Positions 43,684 through 57,980 of a stretch of 64,000 nucleotides of DNA are shown here, one piece after another. Below the pieces are notes generated by a model. That model was not told the DNA's origin. It made no database searches and saw nothing but the letters and a program-made list of their open reading frames with translations. Every line of letters begins with the position of its first letter. Position 1 is the first letter of the stretch. The DNA comes from Octopus vulgaris (Eukaryota), in assembly GCA_951406725.2 (NCBI GenBank), contig OX597817.1, positions 48,794,001-48,858,000 on the forward strand. The letters run 5' to 3'. The translations under genes were made by a program, and so were the position numbers.

Positions 43684-43741
43684 AATTAAAAAAGGAACTC
43701 ACCACGTGGGTATAATCGAAATTCCTTTTTTCTGTTACTAC

Positions 43742-43783
<42 letters not shown>

Positions 43784-43879
43784 TACATATATGTTGACTT
43801 AGATAACTTAGATATGTTTCGGCCAACGATTGGCGTAAGACACATCTAACTTAAGCACCACCTGGTTGTGTACGTATGC

Positions 43880-44419
43880 ACAGCAATACTTCCTTTTACG
43901 AGGATTCGTTTTACGTGACCTCGGGTTTACGAGTTTTATTTCTCAAGCAAGAAGATCCAAATTTTGAACGAAGTGCATAAGTTTCTGCTATCATAGCAAA
44001 TGCTTCTGCGTATTATCGATAAATTTATAGAATGCGAAAAAAAGCTTCTACGCAAAAAAACTGTAGACTTGATTTTTAAAAAGAACTCTACAAGTCCGTC
44101 TACGAGTGCTTGTGAATCGGCGATCGCATCTACAAGTGATGGTGTGCCCGAGTGTAATACGAGTAAAAGTTATTAAAAAAACAATCATAATATTTTTTAT
44201 TATAAAGGATTATATATTATAAACATTCTTTACATTCTACTGTTGTTTTGTTGCCATTTATTTACGAGTTTTATGAATTTTATTGGTAAAATATGTTTCT
44301 GGGAACGAATTATGATTTATAACATTGCTACTATTGGAAATTATTGCCGTACTTTACGAGTTTTTGCTTTACAAGCAGTCTCCGAGTAAAAATGAACTCG
44401 TATATCGAGGCATCACTGT
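43880..44419 (+). mobile_element. pogo/Tigger-like non-autonomous element
   Basis: Imperfect TIRs cagcaatacttccttttacgag / ctcgtatatcgaggcatcactg. The internal part is shared with 40370-40580, which encodes ACYREIYRMRK..TLDLIFKK. Confidence 0.6.
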
Positions 44420-44432
44420 ATGTATATATATA

Positions 44433-44843
44433 GAGGGTGTTCAAAACGTCTCTCCGCAGTAAGTATTTAATTGCGAAATATATATTTATAAGATGGTATA
44501 AGACTACAAAAGTATTTAGAAGAAGTTACAAGATTTAAAAAAAAACTTTATGAGAGGTGTTGAAAGTATCGTTCTTCATTTTCAATGCGGAAGTTCACTC
44601 TTCTACACATGTTTTGAGACACATCTTGGAGAGTCTGAAGGGGTATGGACCACGTGAAGGTTATGATTGCGTCTTTTAGCTCATTAATGGTTTTCGGGCG
44701 ATTCTTCTATACTGATCCTTTACTTTCTCCCCAGGAGAAAAAGGTATGGCGTTGTTAAATCAGGTGATCTTCGTGGCCAAAGTCCCTTCGAGATAATCCG
44801 TTCACCGAAAAATTCACTGCGGAGAAACTTTTTTAACACCCTG
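44433..44843 (-). mobile_element. Internally deleted Tc1/mariner element
   Basis: TIRs (g/c)agggtgtt(c/a)aaaa. The minus strand encodes LWPRRSPDLT (WPxxSPDL motif). Confidence 0.8.
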
Positions 44844-44945
44844 TGTACGTACATACATACATACATACATACATACATACATACATACATACATACATGT
44901 GTGTATGTATGTATGTATGTATGTATGTATGTATGTATGTATGTA

Positions 44946-45350
44946 GGCGTAGGAGTGGCTGTGTGGTAAGTAGCTTGCTTACCAACCACATGGTTCCTGG
45001 TTCAGTCCCACTGCGTGGCACCTTGGGCAAGTGTATTCTACTATCGCCTCGGGCCGACCAAAGCCTTGTGAGTGGATTTGGCAGACAGAAACTGAAAGAA
45101 ACCCGTCGTATATATGTATATATATGTGTATGTGTGTCTGTCTTTGTCCCCACCAACATCGCTTGACAAACGATGCTGGTGTGTTTATGTCCCCGTAACT
45201 TAACGGTTCAGCAAAAGACACCGATAGAATAAGTACTAGGTTTACAAAGAATAAGTCCTGGGGTCGATTTTCACAACTAAAGGCGGTGCTCCAGCATGGT
45301 CACAATCACATGACTGAAACAAGTGAAAGAGTAAAAGAGTAAAAAAAGAG
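44946..45350 (+). mobile_element. SINE family 1
   Basis: Full-length copy. Confidence 0.85.
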
Positions 45351-45605
45351 TATATGAGAGCTGGCGTGGTGTATATGTGGTATATACAAACACAAACACA
45401 CACAGACACACACGCACACGCACACACACAGATATGTGTGTGGTGGAGGTATCAACTATTGCCCATGGGGCATAAAATTATGTAGAGTCGCAGATGCATT
45501 ACAGTAACCTACGAACTATATATCTTCTCTACAGAAAGTCATATTTTCTCCAATTAATCAACAGACATATGCAATTTTACGTTGTTGTTTTTGAACGCAT
45601 ATATA

Positions 45606-45997
45606 TCTCTCTATATATAAAGCTGAAGTTGTCTGTGTATGGCAGGTTTAGTAGCCTTCAACTAACACTATCTCCTCCGAGACCCTGCGGCGCAAGTTGA
45701 CCAAAATTGAGAGTATGATAGAAAAAGGCTTGCTCTTCCTTCCGTAGATGAAACAATTCAAATCGGACCATGTTAACACCAAAAATTATTTACATCAAAA
45801 AGGTGCTTTTTTTCTATGAAAATCCTTATTTTTTACGATCTTTTGACTGCTGTGTCGTCATTTTTCTGTGTATTTCAACCAGAAAAATGTTCACTTTAAG
45901 AGAATAACAAGCTACATAATGCAACATTTTTACGTTTCAAAAATTCCAATTCTAAAGGGTCGAAACAAATCCGAGCAACGCCGGGCGATACTGCTAG
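45606..45997 (+). mobile_element. Non-autonomous Helitron
   Basis: 5' TC ... ccgagcaacgccgggcgatactgCTAG 3'; A|T target site. Confidence 0.8.
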
Positions 45998-46269
45998 TTT
46001 GAGTCTACAAAGAAATGAATTCTCAGATATAGATATTTCACAAAATCATCTGCTTACCTGCCTAAACCGATTTCCATATCGCATTCCTTCTTGCAGTCAC
46101 GTCTTTAAAATCCCATCCTCGTGTTATTAGTTTATTTTACTCGTCAATCAGCTGAGAGAAAAGATTAGTCAGCGTACGTCAAAGATACAACGGTGTGCAT
46201 AATGTATGACAGTGCTTAACGCGCATGTCTCAGGTTAAATGCCTGACGCAAAGAGGAAGGAATAACATC

Positions 46270-46325
<56 letters not shown>

Positions 46326-46338
46326 CGATGACGATGAC

Positions 46339-46373
<35 letters not shown>

Positions 46374-46534
46374 CTTTATTTTCCATCTGAGCGAAGAATG
46401 CGGGGGACAATAGAAAGACAACATAAAATGAGTGTGGTGGTGGCGGTGGTGGTGGTTTACATATAATGAAATGATAAAGTAGATAAATAACAACAAAAAG
46501 GAATGGAAAAGGAGTGACTATACACATATATAAT

Positions 46535-46900
46535 CTTCTCTACTCAAGGCACAAGGCCCGAAAGTTTTGGGGAGGTAGGGCCAGTCGATTAGATTGACCC
46601 CGGTACGCAACTACTACTTAATTTATCGACCCCAAGAGGATGAAAGGCAAAGTCGACCTTGGTGGAATTTGACCTCAAGATGTAGCAGCAGACGAAATAC
46701 CTATTTCTTTACCATCCGCAAGGGGCTAAACACAGAGAGGACAAACAAGGATAGACAAAGGAATTAAGTCGATTACATCGACCCCAGTGCGTAGCTGGTA
46801 CTTAATTTATCGACCCCGAAAGGATGAAAGGCAAAGTCGACCTCGGTGGAATTTGAACTCAGAACGTAGCAGCAGACGAAATACCGCTAAGCATTTCGCT
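46535..46900 (-). mobile_element. SINE family 2, dimeric
   Basis: Two tandem core units. Confidence 0.8.
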
Positions 46901-47356
46901 ACTTTACGTAATTGCTAGATAATATAATGGTCCCTGAAGCTTCACCTGGAAACTAGGACTTGGGCCATTGGTGAAAATTTTCAAATACGTATAATTGAGC
47001 GTTCTTTTCCTAATTCATCGTCACACATATCACCTGGCTGTGTAGTAAAAAGTTTGCTTCCAAATTACATGGTTCCAGGTTCAGACCCACTGCTTGGTGC
47101 CTGGGGCAAGTGTCTTCTATTATAACCCCGGGCCAAACAAACTCTTGTGAGTGGATTTGGTAGACGAAAACTAAGAGAAGCCCGTCGTATATATATATGC
47201 ATATATGCCATGCTGGACCACTAAAATGTTTTTGCATTCTCTCTCTATTTTTCTCTTATCTCTTTCTGTTGAAGAGCGTAAGCTCGAAACGTAAAAGACT
47301 AAAACTATATATATAGGTGCATGTATATATATATATATACATATATACATACATAC

Positions 47357-47477
<121 letters not shown>

Positions 47478-47519
47478 TATATATATAAAAAATTATATAT
47501 ATATATATATATATTTACA

Positions 47520-47550
<31 letters not shown>

Positions 47551-47556
<6 letters not shown>

Positions 47557-47897
47557 GAAATATTAAAATTACTAAGTCTCTCTAAAATAATATTTCTATT
47601 ATTGAAAACAAGTGGTTGTATTCCACTGAAACTAGGTAAATAAAACCTTCGAACAGAGATTGTCGGAAGCGACACCTACTGGTCTGACTACGCTACATTG
47701 AAAAGGGGCAATACCCCGAAACGCGTCTGTAGCTGTCGGTCAAGTAGTGTGGAGCGACTGACCTCCCTTGTTCGAAGGTTATATGGATACAGTTTGTGTA
47801 TCAAATAGCTAACTTAAGGCGATGGCCTCATGGAGCTAATAAGCGGACAGCTTTATTCTTATTTTTATAAGAATGCCATATTAGTATGGCGATAACT
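47551..47897 (+). mobile_element. Single-unit copy of the 42-43 kb hammerhead element
   Basis: Near-identical to the 43050-43360 segment, with a short 5' inversion and TA flanks. Confidence 0.85.
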
Positions 47898-48140
47898 ATA
47901 TATATATATATATATATTTATATACATATATATATATAGTTGATCCAAACAAGAAAGCACAAAAGAAACATAAGAACGCGAAGACGTGGAACAAATATAG
48001 TATTATTGGACGCTCAGGAAAGAAAGAAAGAAGGAGGGTTTAACGTTTCGAGCCGAACTCTTCGTCGGAAACATAGGAGAAGGAAAGATCCAGAGAAGGG
48101 AAGACAGAGGGAAAAAAATCGCCAACGGTACACACGAGAT

Positions 48141-48170
<30 letters not shown>

Positions 48171-48175
<5 letters not shown>

Positions 48176-48643
48176 GTAAATATAAGAGAGTAAACACTAT
48201 GTGGTCGACTCTAGCACTAAAAATAGATCCGGTAGGTTTCAGCCACAAAGAATTGTTTCCGATGAAAGTTAGCACGACTACCAGCCTTGAGTAAATTTTA
48301 TTCTGGACGGGTTCGGCTGAGGAGCTACAGATATGTTATGTGAGTAAAATTACATAATTTATTAATAGCGAAACAATTGTCCTGAACTAATCTGCATTTT
48401 TGTTATTTTTTTTTGCCCTGTTCGTTTACACTAGTAGTCGTGCTAACTTTCATCGGAAACAATTCTTCGTGGCTGAAACCTACCGGATCTATTTTTAGTG
48501 CTAGAGTCGACCACATAGTGGTTACTCTCTTATATTTACGTATAAAATTTATTGTATTCCTGGTTTTGATGCACTAAGCCACTTGGTGTTAAATGGATGT
48601 ACTATTAAATTAGTATCCAATTTTCTCACCCTTATTAGTTGAT
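48171..48643 (+). mobile_element. (TA)n-flanked fold-back element with central hammerhead motif
   Basis: Inverted arms 48171-48281 / 48434-48544, unique tail to 48643. Confidence 0.8.
48311..48387 (+). ncRNA. Type I hammerhead ribozyme motif (canonical CUGANGA core)
   Basis: gttcgg-CTGAGGA-gcta..ttatgt..acataa..tagc-GAAA-CAATTG-TC-ctgaac. Confidence 0.8.
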
Positions 48644-48665
48644 TATATATATATATATATATATA

Positions 48666-49073
48666 AGAAAGTTTGTTTGGTAACGCACGTGGGTGAATAT
48701 ATAAGAAAATAGTAAAGAGTGAAAAAACGACAGAAGGCTTAAATGTTAAAAAATATATATATTTGCGTCAAAATGTCTGGAGAATATTGGAAAAATATTT
48801 TTCCTTTCCTTAAAATGACATAATATTATAATTTTTAAAGAAATACCGGTTTAGCAGTTAGCTCTTCAAATTTCTTGTGACTTAATGTTTCACAAGAAAT
48901 TTGAAGAGCTAACTGCGAAACCGGTATTTCTTTAAAAATTATAAAATTATGTCATTTTAAGGAAAGGAAAAATATTTTTCCAATATTCTCCAGACATTTT
49001 GACGCAAATATATATATTTTTTAACATTTAAGCCTTCTGTCGTTTTTTCACTCTTTACTATTTTCTTATATAT
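48666..49073. mobile_element. (TA)n-flanked fold-back element with hammerhead-like motif
   Basis: Arms 48697-48880 / 48890-49073 with a 9-nt loop. Motif gaaat-TTGAAGA-gc taact gc-GAAA-CCGG-TA-tttc. Confidence 0.75.
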
Positions 49074-50056
49074 ATATATATATAGGGAGAGTTTACGAAA
49101 AAAACAAAAGACGAGGACAGGTGGTGTACAAAACAAACAGATGTATTAGTATAACGCTCAGGAATAGAAAAAGTCTTTTTCGTTTCGAGCCTACGCTCTT
49201 CTACAGAAAGGGACACAGAAAAAAAAAACAAGGAGAGAAACAAGGAGAGAAAAAAAGTAGAGAAAAATGTATATATACATATATATACATATATATACGA
49301 CGGGCTTCTTTCAGTTTGCGTCTACCAAATCTACTCACAAGGCTTTGGTCGGCCCGAGGCTATAGTAGAAGACGCCCAAGGTGCCACGCAGTGGGACTGA
49401 ACCCGGAACCATGTGGTTGGTAAGCAAGCTACTTACCACACAGCCACTCCTGTGCCTAAGTACCAATTTATTCTAGTGTTTGAAAAAAATTGTAAACATG
49501 AATTATATAAGATGCATGGAGACCAGGGTAATATGTCCTGTGAAACACGTGATACACAGGACAGGTAAAGCGTTAGGTACTCTCTCCAATCTGCTCTCAT
49601 CTTTTAGAAACCACTACTTTGACTGTGTGGTCTTCTTGCAGTTATTCTAGTCTGTCCATCTAGTTCACATAAGATGTTCCCTGTCCTCTTAATTTCATGA
49701 CTTCTGGGTTTCTGTGTTTGTTTCTAGAGAATGGCAACTTCCCTTCGCTTCATCTGCCTGCCTTCTCTTGAGATCCAATTTTGTTCTTGCAGTCTTTTCT
49801 CCTTTTTTTTTTAACTTTTTGTTACTTACGACTTTCGTCTCTCGTTCACTCTCCATATTTTCCTTATGTCCAAAGACGATGCCGCTAATAGCTGTGACCA
49901 GTCGATGAGACCCATGGCCGTTCAGTTTGGTCTTGGAAACAAGGGGAGCTTTTCGACCTTCCTAGGAGCTACACTTTGTGCAGCAGGCGGTGCTGTCGGA
50001 ACAAAAGTCTCTGAATCATGTCTTTCTTTCAGGTTTTGCAACTGTTGGCTGCGATC

Positions 50057-50110
<54 letters not shown>

Positions 50111-50339
50111 TCTCTCTCTCTCTCTCTGTCTGTCTCTCTCTCTCTCTCTTCCTTTCTCTAATTTTCTTCTTTAAATTAGTAAACGAATAAAAACTCTCAA
50201 AGTCACAATGTCTCAAGTATAAAGGCTAAATATTTGGCTCTACATCATTACCCACATTGTTTATGATTTTGTACCAGAAAAATTAGTTCAAAACATTTTG
50301 TCCGACTCTGTGACTATGCTGCCAGTTCATCAACAAGAA

Positions 50340-50458
<119 letters not shown>

Positions 50459-50502
50459 GTAATAATAATACTAATAATAATAATAATAACAATAATAATA
50501 AT

Positions 50503-51051
50503 GGAAGCTATGCCAACATTATGGAATAACAACAGAAAAAAGATGGTATAGGCACACACCAGAAAAGGTCACAGAAAACGAGAAAGCAACCATACTCTGG
50601 GATATGCCGATACACACAGATAGAGAAATTAAGGCCAACAGACAAGATATAGTTGTCAGAGACCATGAAGAAAAAAAATGCTTTCTAATTGATGTATCAA
50701 TACCGGCTGATGACAACGTGTCTCTAAAAGAAATGGAGAAACTCTCAAAATACAAAGACCTGGAAATAGAGGTAACTAGAATGTGGAATCTGAAAACAGA
50801 AACAATTCCTATCATAGTAGGTGCATTAGGCATGATAAAAAAATATTCAGACAAATACATAACAAAAACACCAGGACTTACAAACACATATAACATACAG
50901 AAAATTGCACTACTAGGCACTGCACACATCCTACGCAGAACACTTTCCATACAATAACCATCAGAGCATCACAACAAATCACAGCACATACCCAAGGCAC
51001 ACAGAGCTGCGCTCGGTAGTGAAGTGAAAGCACGCTATAAAAATAAAACTA

Positions 51052-51054
<3 letters not shown>
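50503..51054 (+). mobile_element. Dong/R4-clade non-LTR retrotransposon 3' end (restriction-like endonuclease)
   Basis: ILWDMPIHTDREIKANRQDIVV..CFLIDVSIP..EKLSKYKDL..IPIIVGALG..QKIALLGTAHILR; flanked by (TAA)n. Confidence 0.85.
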
Positions 51055-51129
<75 letters not shown>

Positions 51130-51525
51130 CCTTTCTAGTGGAAGTACAAGGCCTCAAATTTGGGGAAAGGAATTAAGTCGATTACTTCGACCCCAGTGCG
51201 TAACTGGTACTTATTTAATCGACTCCAAGAGGATGAAAGGCAAAGTCGACATCGGCGGAATTTGAACTCAGAACGTAAAGACAGACGAAATAACTATTTC
51301 TTTACTACCCACAAGGGGCTAAACATAGAGGGGACAAACAAGGACAGACAAAGAGATTAAGTCGATTGCATCGACCCCAGTGCGTAACTGGTACTTATTT
51401 AATCGATCCCGAAAGGGTGAATGGCAAAGTCGACCTCAGCGGAATTTGAACTCAGAACATAAAGACGGACGAAGTACCGCAAAACATGTTGACCGGCGTG
51501 CTAACCTCTCTGCCAGCTCGCCGCC
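51130..51525 (-). mobile_element. SINE family 2, dimeric
   Basis: Two tandem core units between (TAA)n tracts. Confidence 0.8.
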
Positions 51526-51543
51526 CTAATAATAGTAATGATG

Positions 51544-51623
<80 letters not shown>

Positions 51624-51634
51624 CATGATAATGA

Positions 51635-52125
51635 TAATAAACCGGATATTATTATAAAAGATCAGACAAAATGGTTGTGTTTATTAATTGACATGAGTAT
51701 TCCTTGCGATCACAATATAGTGGCGAAAGAATTTGACAAGATCAGTAATTATAAGGACTTGCTAATAGAAATTGAAAAAAATGTGGCATCTCAAAGCGAT
51801 TACAGTACCAGTGATTGTAGGATCTTAGGGAAGGATAAAAAAAGGTACTGAAACCTATTTGAAAATGATACCAAGCTTGCCATCCATACAGGAAGTGCAA
51901 AAAATCGTGTTAACTGGAACGGCTCATGTACTGAGAAGAGCATTATCGCTGTGAAAACAACATCCATTCATGAATTTATTCATTTATTAATTTTTTAAAT
52001 ACATATTTTACCTGTGAATTTGCGTGTGTAATCTGGGAATGCATACAATGAGCTTCTCTGCCCTAGGTGTACGGAAAACACCCGGCGAGAAACGGAAGAA
52101 AATTTGAAGAAAGAAAAAAAAAAAT
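51635..52125 (+). mobile_element. Second Dong/R4-type 3' end
   Basis: NKPDIIIKD..LLIDMSIP..KISNYKDL, frameshift, then MWHLK..VPVIVG..QKIVLTGTAHVLR; flanked by (TAA)n. Confidence 0.8.
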
Positions 52126-52130
52126 AAATA

Positions 52131-52172
<42 letters not shown>

Positions 52173-52199
52173 TACAAATATTCGTATTGGTCGGTATTT

Positions 52200-53860
52200 G
52201 CATATTATAAATCATTTCTCTTCTGCACCAAAACTACAAAACTACAAATACAAGTTATCTCATTCAGCTCAAGGTGAAAGAAAAAATGCTTGCTTTATAT
52301 TTATTGATTAAAATGTACGAAAATGGAGTATTCAAAGTTTTCCACCGCCGGAAGCAAACAAACCGGTGCCAGACCTAATAGATGAGAATCTAAAAGGGAA
52401 ATCAATATTTATCCTCTTCAAATCTCACAAATATAAAACAAACGGTGTAAAGACAAACGTGAGAAATAGGTTTTTCCTTAACGTGCATATTTTACAGATA
52501 CACTCTACTCCATGCAAACTAAACAAACAAACTACAAAAATATTCTGGTATAAAATTTGTAGAGAAACAGCCTTGATGTAAATATAAATTTGAATTTCAA
52601 CAAACAAGTTAATTTAAGAATATTCGTTTTCAAAAGTAACAAAATACCAGAAATCAAATTATGACTCTTAAAAGAAAGAATACATAATGAAAGCAAAAAT
52701 AAAGGACCTAAAATGCCAAAAGGAAGACATTTATAAGATAGATCTCACATATTGAACACAATGTAAAAAAAAAATTACTACAAAGTCTAACTCACAAACA
52801 CCTATAGAATACTGACCAGAAAGTCACACTAGAACAATAATATGCAATAAATAAAATACAAACAATGTATTTATAAAAAGAATATGAGGAAGGTTTAATA
52901 GGAAACTTTAAAGATAGAAATCGTGACCCTGACAATCTAGTTGGAAATAATTAAATAATCAGAACTAAAGAAAAAGATCTGCCTATGGGAGTAACTCTCC
53001 AAAAAGAACTTAACGATGAAATAACAACACTAAAAATATGCATAGCTAGCCATCAGAGACTTAATGAAAACATACACGAACATCAATAAGACCATGTTAA
53101 ACGAAATAATATATGCAGCTGTAAGAGTAATTATAAAATCGGTTTCTCTCTCAGATCAAAAACTAAGCAAGTAATATGGAGAGCAATAGTAGAACGTAAA
53201 AGTATAGTTTCTGTCATTAAGGAAATTAATAGCGTAAAGACAGAATTGAAAAAAGAAACGAATACTATGGGAATATAACATAATGAATATGTGCTGAAAT
53301 AAAAGAACGACTGAAACAGAAAAGTTTGCGCTAAATAGCAAAAAATAGGTCGGCATGAAAACGATGTACATTCTTCGAGCAAGAAGAGCTAGGCAAAAAA
53401 TCAAATCAATAAAGTACAATACCAGCATCAAGAGAAATAAAACATTTCTGAGGAGTAGTTTGTAAAACCGGGAGAAGATATATATTTGTTTACTACCCAC
53501 AAGGGTCTAAACACAGAGGGGACAAACAAGGACAGACAAACGGATTAAGTCGATTACATCGACCCTAGTGCGTAATTGGTACTTAATTTATCAACCCCGA
53601 AAGGATGAAAGGCAAAGTCGACCTCGGCGGAATTTGAACTCAGAACGTAACGGCAGACGAAATACTGCTACGCATTTCGTCCGGCGTGCTAACGTTTCTG
53701 CCAGCTCGCCGCCTTAACCGGGAGAAGATATATGTACACAATATGTAACCCAGGCGTTATAAATAACAAACAATTGGAAGGCACGTGTAATATATGATAT
53801 TCTGATCTTCTGGCTTAACACAAGATTCTAACAGATATGTTTAGTCTCAGACTTAAGGCG
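52200..53860 (+). pseudogene. Highly decayed N-terminal part of an R4/Dong-like element
   Basis: A-rich fragmentary coding sequence with an LKQKVCAK*QKIGRHEK-like segment near 53310-53370; interrupted by a SINE. Confidence 0.4.
53484..53715 (-). mobile_element. SINE family 2 with 18-bp TSD
   Basis: TSD aaccgggagaagatatat at 53466-53483 and 53716-53733. Confidence 0.85.
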
Positions 53861-54014
53861 TGACGACACCTACACAAAAAAAAAATCCTCTTAATCGGAT
53901 AGATTTCCTTCATCACAATCTGAAAAACTACGTTGCAAGAAAAAATTGTAAAAGATTACACCAGGAAAAAATAACAGCTTCCAGAAGAGTAGAAAAACGC
54001 TGCAGAAGCTCATA

Positions 54015-54395
54015 TTTCAGTCATTTGAGTGTGGCCATGCTAGAGCACCGCCTTTAGTCGAACAAATCGACCCCAGGACTTATTCTTTGTAAGCCTAGTA
54101 CTTATTCTATCGGTCTCTTTGGCCGAACCGCCAAGTTACGGGGACGTAAACACACCAGCATCGGTTGTCAAGCGATGTTGGGGGGGGGGACTAACACAGA
54201 CACACACACACACACATATATATATACATATACATATACATACATATTAGACAGGCTTCTTTCAGTTTCCGTCTACCAAATCCACTCACAAGGCTTTGGT
54301 CGGCCCGAGGCTATAGTAGAAAACACTTGCCCAAGGTGCCACGCAGTGGGACTGAACCCAGAACTATGTGGTTGATAAACAAGCTACTTACCACA
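54015..54395 (-). mobile_element. SINE family 1
   Basis: Near full-length copy. Confidence 0.85.
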
Positions 54396-54750
54396 AAATT
54401 AATTACTGTTAAACGATTCATAACTGGAGACTGCATGTCATTCTTTTAGGCTTCTGTAGTCACAATCTATCAATATTGCATTAGAAATGTAGCAATGTTT
54501 CAGGTACCAATGTCATTTGCAGTACCTCTGACTCTCATCTTGTGTTGTACAAGATTGTACTGTGAGCCTGAGGGCATTTAAGTTTGCGTCATACCCGCTT
54601 ACTGTTTCGCCTCATGCTAGATTTTGAAGATCAGGTAAATATTTCTGCGAGTTCTACAGCGGCCAATAGAAACCATATCGTTCCATTATACATCGGCCCA
54701 TGCCTCCAAAATTTCCCTTGAAATCAATAGAACCTCACATCTTTTACTTA

Positions 54751-55545
<795 letters not shown>

Positions 55546-56744
55546 AAAAAAATAAAAAGAGCGGATGTAGATCACTTTCCTTCCCTGCATCTGGATAAGA
55601 ATTTCAAGAAAATATTTGGTTCAGTCGCTCCATCCTTTATCTCCGTTTTTTGATTCCCGTTTAAATTTCCTCTCGTTGCTGACAAACAAGCAAAACAACA
55701 CTTTGTTCTTATTGCTTCTTTTTCAGTTACAATTTCTACTGACACTTGTTTGTTCGTGGCATAGTGTGAGATGTGCTTGCCAGTGAAAAATTACATTTCT
55801 TTCTTGTATAATGTTTTTAATATATCTTTACACGACTTTTATTTCTTTTCTTTGGTTTTTCTTTATTTTGCGATTGTAACTTGGCTTATGGCATGTATTG
55901 TCTTAGTCACCATATTTGAAATACCTAACGATACAGACAGCAACAACAACAGCAAAAAAAATGATAATAATAATGCTTGGCGGATTGAAGAATGTTTTTT
56001 AAAAGAGAAAAATACCGGTAATAAAAGCTTATATCGCAATAAACATAGACCAGACACAAAATATCCGCTTGGCTTAGCATAAATCGCTGTGAATTTTATG
56101 AAATCACCTGAGCGATACACGACTCGTCTGGCAAAGCAAGAAACAATAATAACAACAGCAGTATCATAGGTACACGGCCAGTAGTTTTAAAGAGAAAGCG
56201 TTAGTCAGTACCATTAACTTGACTTGTACTTTATTTCATCGAATCTTGAGGGTTGAAAGGCAAGGCTGATCTCGGGAGGATTTGAACTCAAAACGTAAAG
56301 AGTCGGAACAATGCATTGTTTCCGTCGCTCTAATGAATCTGCCAGCTCACCGCCTTGTTATTCCTGTTTCCAATTTAGGCGTTAGGCCCCCAAGTACTTG
56401 AATGGGTCTTTATTTTATAAAGGACAAAAAGGCACAGCAAATCGTTTATTCCGATGCACTGGATACTCTGCCAAATAATAATTGCTAGTGATTTAGGCAC
56501 AAGACTCGGCATTTGGAAATTAGTTGATTAAATAGAGCCCTGTAATTCACTGATGCATTATTCTATCGACCTCGAAACGATTAAATGCAAAGATGACTTT
56601 GTTAGGATTTGAACCCCGAATGTAAAGATTTGGAATAAATAGCCCAATGCATTTCTGTCAATTCACAGCTCTAAACAATTGGTTGTGATTTAGGTAAAGT
56701 TGAAAAGAGAGGATCAGTCGATACCATCACCTTAACTGATACTT

Positions 56745-56990
56745 CGGATCTTTTCCTTTTGATGGACGGAATTCAACACAATTTCTAGTTAACTAAACAA
56801 TTTGAAATTTCGTATACTGGTAGAATGTGTCAAAAGAAAACATTATTTTCACTTGGCTTTTTTGAGAAAATTATAATTTGTAAGTTTAACGTAGTTTAAT
56901 TCTTCGAATTTTAACCAATGAATTGCCAGCATTTGAGCTCAAATCATTTGCTGCGTCTAAAAACACAAACAACATCCTGTTGCAACGTAA

Positions 56991-57030
<40 letters not shown>

Positions 57031-57980
57031 TCATTCATCCTTCTCTCTTCTGTCTGTCTCGCTCATCGATATTGATAAACAAAGGAGGCATGTGCTAGAA
57101 ATAACAGCCATATCTCTTAAATTGATGAATTTCGCCGCCAAATAAAAATATTAACGATATTTTTTGAATATTTTCTTAATTTTTTTTTTTACTGAAAAGG
57201 CTTCTCCCATGGTTTTGAAGGGCCAAAAACAACAAAAACAAAACAATAATATGCCTAAATCGGTCTAAAGTGGGATATGAGGGTGCGCGTGGAGTGTGGG
57301 TCGTATTGTAAAAATTTGCGAAATATTTTTTCATAAAAGGATGCCCCAGCTTGTCGGAGGCTGTGATATAAATTGGGAAAAAAATCCTCGACACCAGTGC
57401 GTAATTGGTACTTAATTTATCGACCCCGAAACGCTGAAACATTGATCCCCCCAGACAAAAGTATTAAGTCGATTCTATCGACACCAGTGCGAACTCACGA
57501 ACGTGTATGTATGCTTGTGTGCGTATGTGTGTGTATGTATATCTCCGTTTGTATGTGTGTGTACGTTTGTATGTGTGTGTACACTTATATATTAATTACT
57601 ATGTGCTTGTGCAAATGTATATGCATGTGTTTGAGAGAGAGAGTGAGAGAGAGAGAGAGAGAGTGTGTGTGTGTGTGTGTGTGCAAGTGTACGTGTGTAT
57701 GTATCTGAATATATGCGTGTGTGTGTGTATGCGGCGTGCGTCTCCTCGTTTGTTTATCAATATCGATAACGCAGCAAATGATTTGAGCTCAAATGCTGGC
57801 AATTCATTGGTTAAAATTCGAAGAATTAAACTACGTTAAACTTACAAATTACAATTTTCTCAAAAAAGCCAAATGAAAATGATGTTTTCTTTTGACACAT
57901 TCTACCAGTATACGAAGTTTCAAATTGTTTAGTTAACTAGAAATTGTGTTGAATTCCGTCCATCAAAAGGAAAAGATCCG
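56745..57980. mobile_element. Related TIR element with long (>200 bp) inverted termini
   Basis: cggatcttttcc / ggaaaagatccg termini and 6-bp TSD atactt. Shares acacattctaccagtatacgaagttt with the TTAGGG MITEs. Confidence 0.8.

Noticed and set aside
50604-50957. Host nuclease gene
   Set aside because: A 5'-truncated retrotransposon end inside (TAA)n, with no exon structure.
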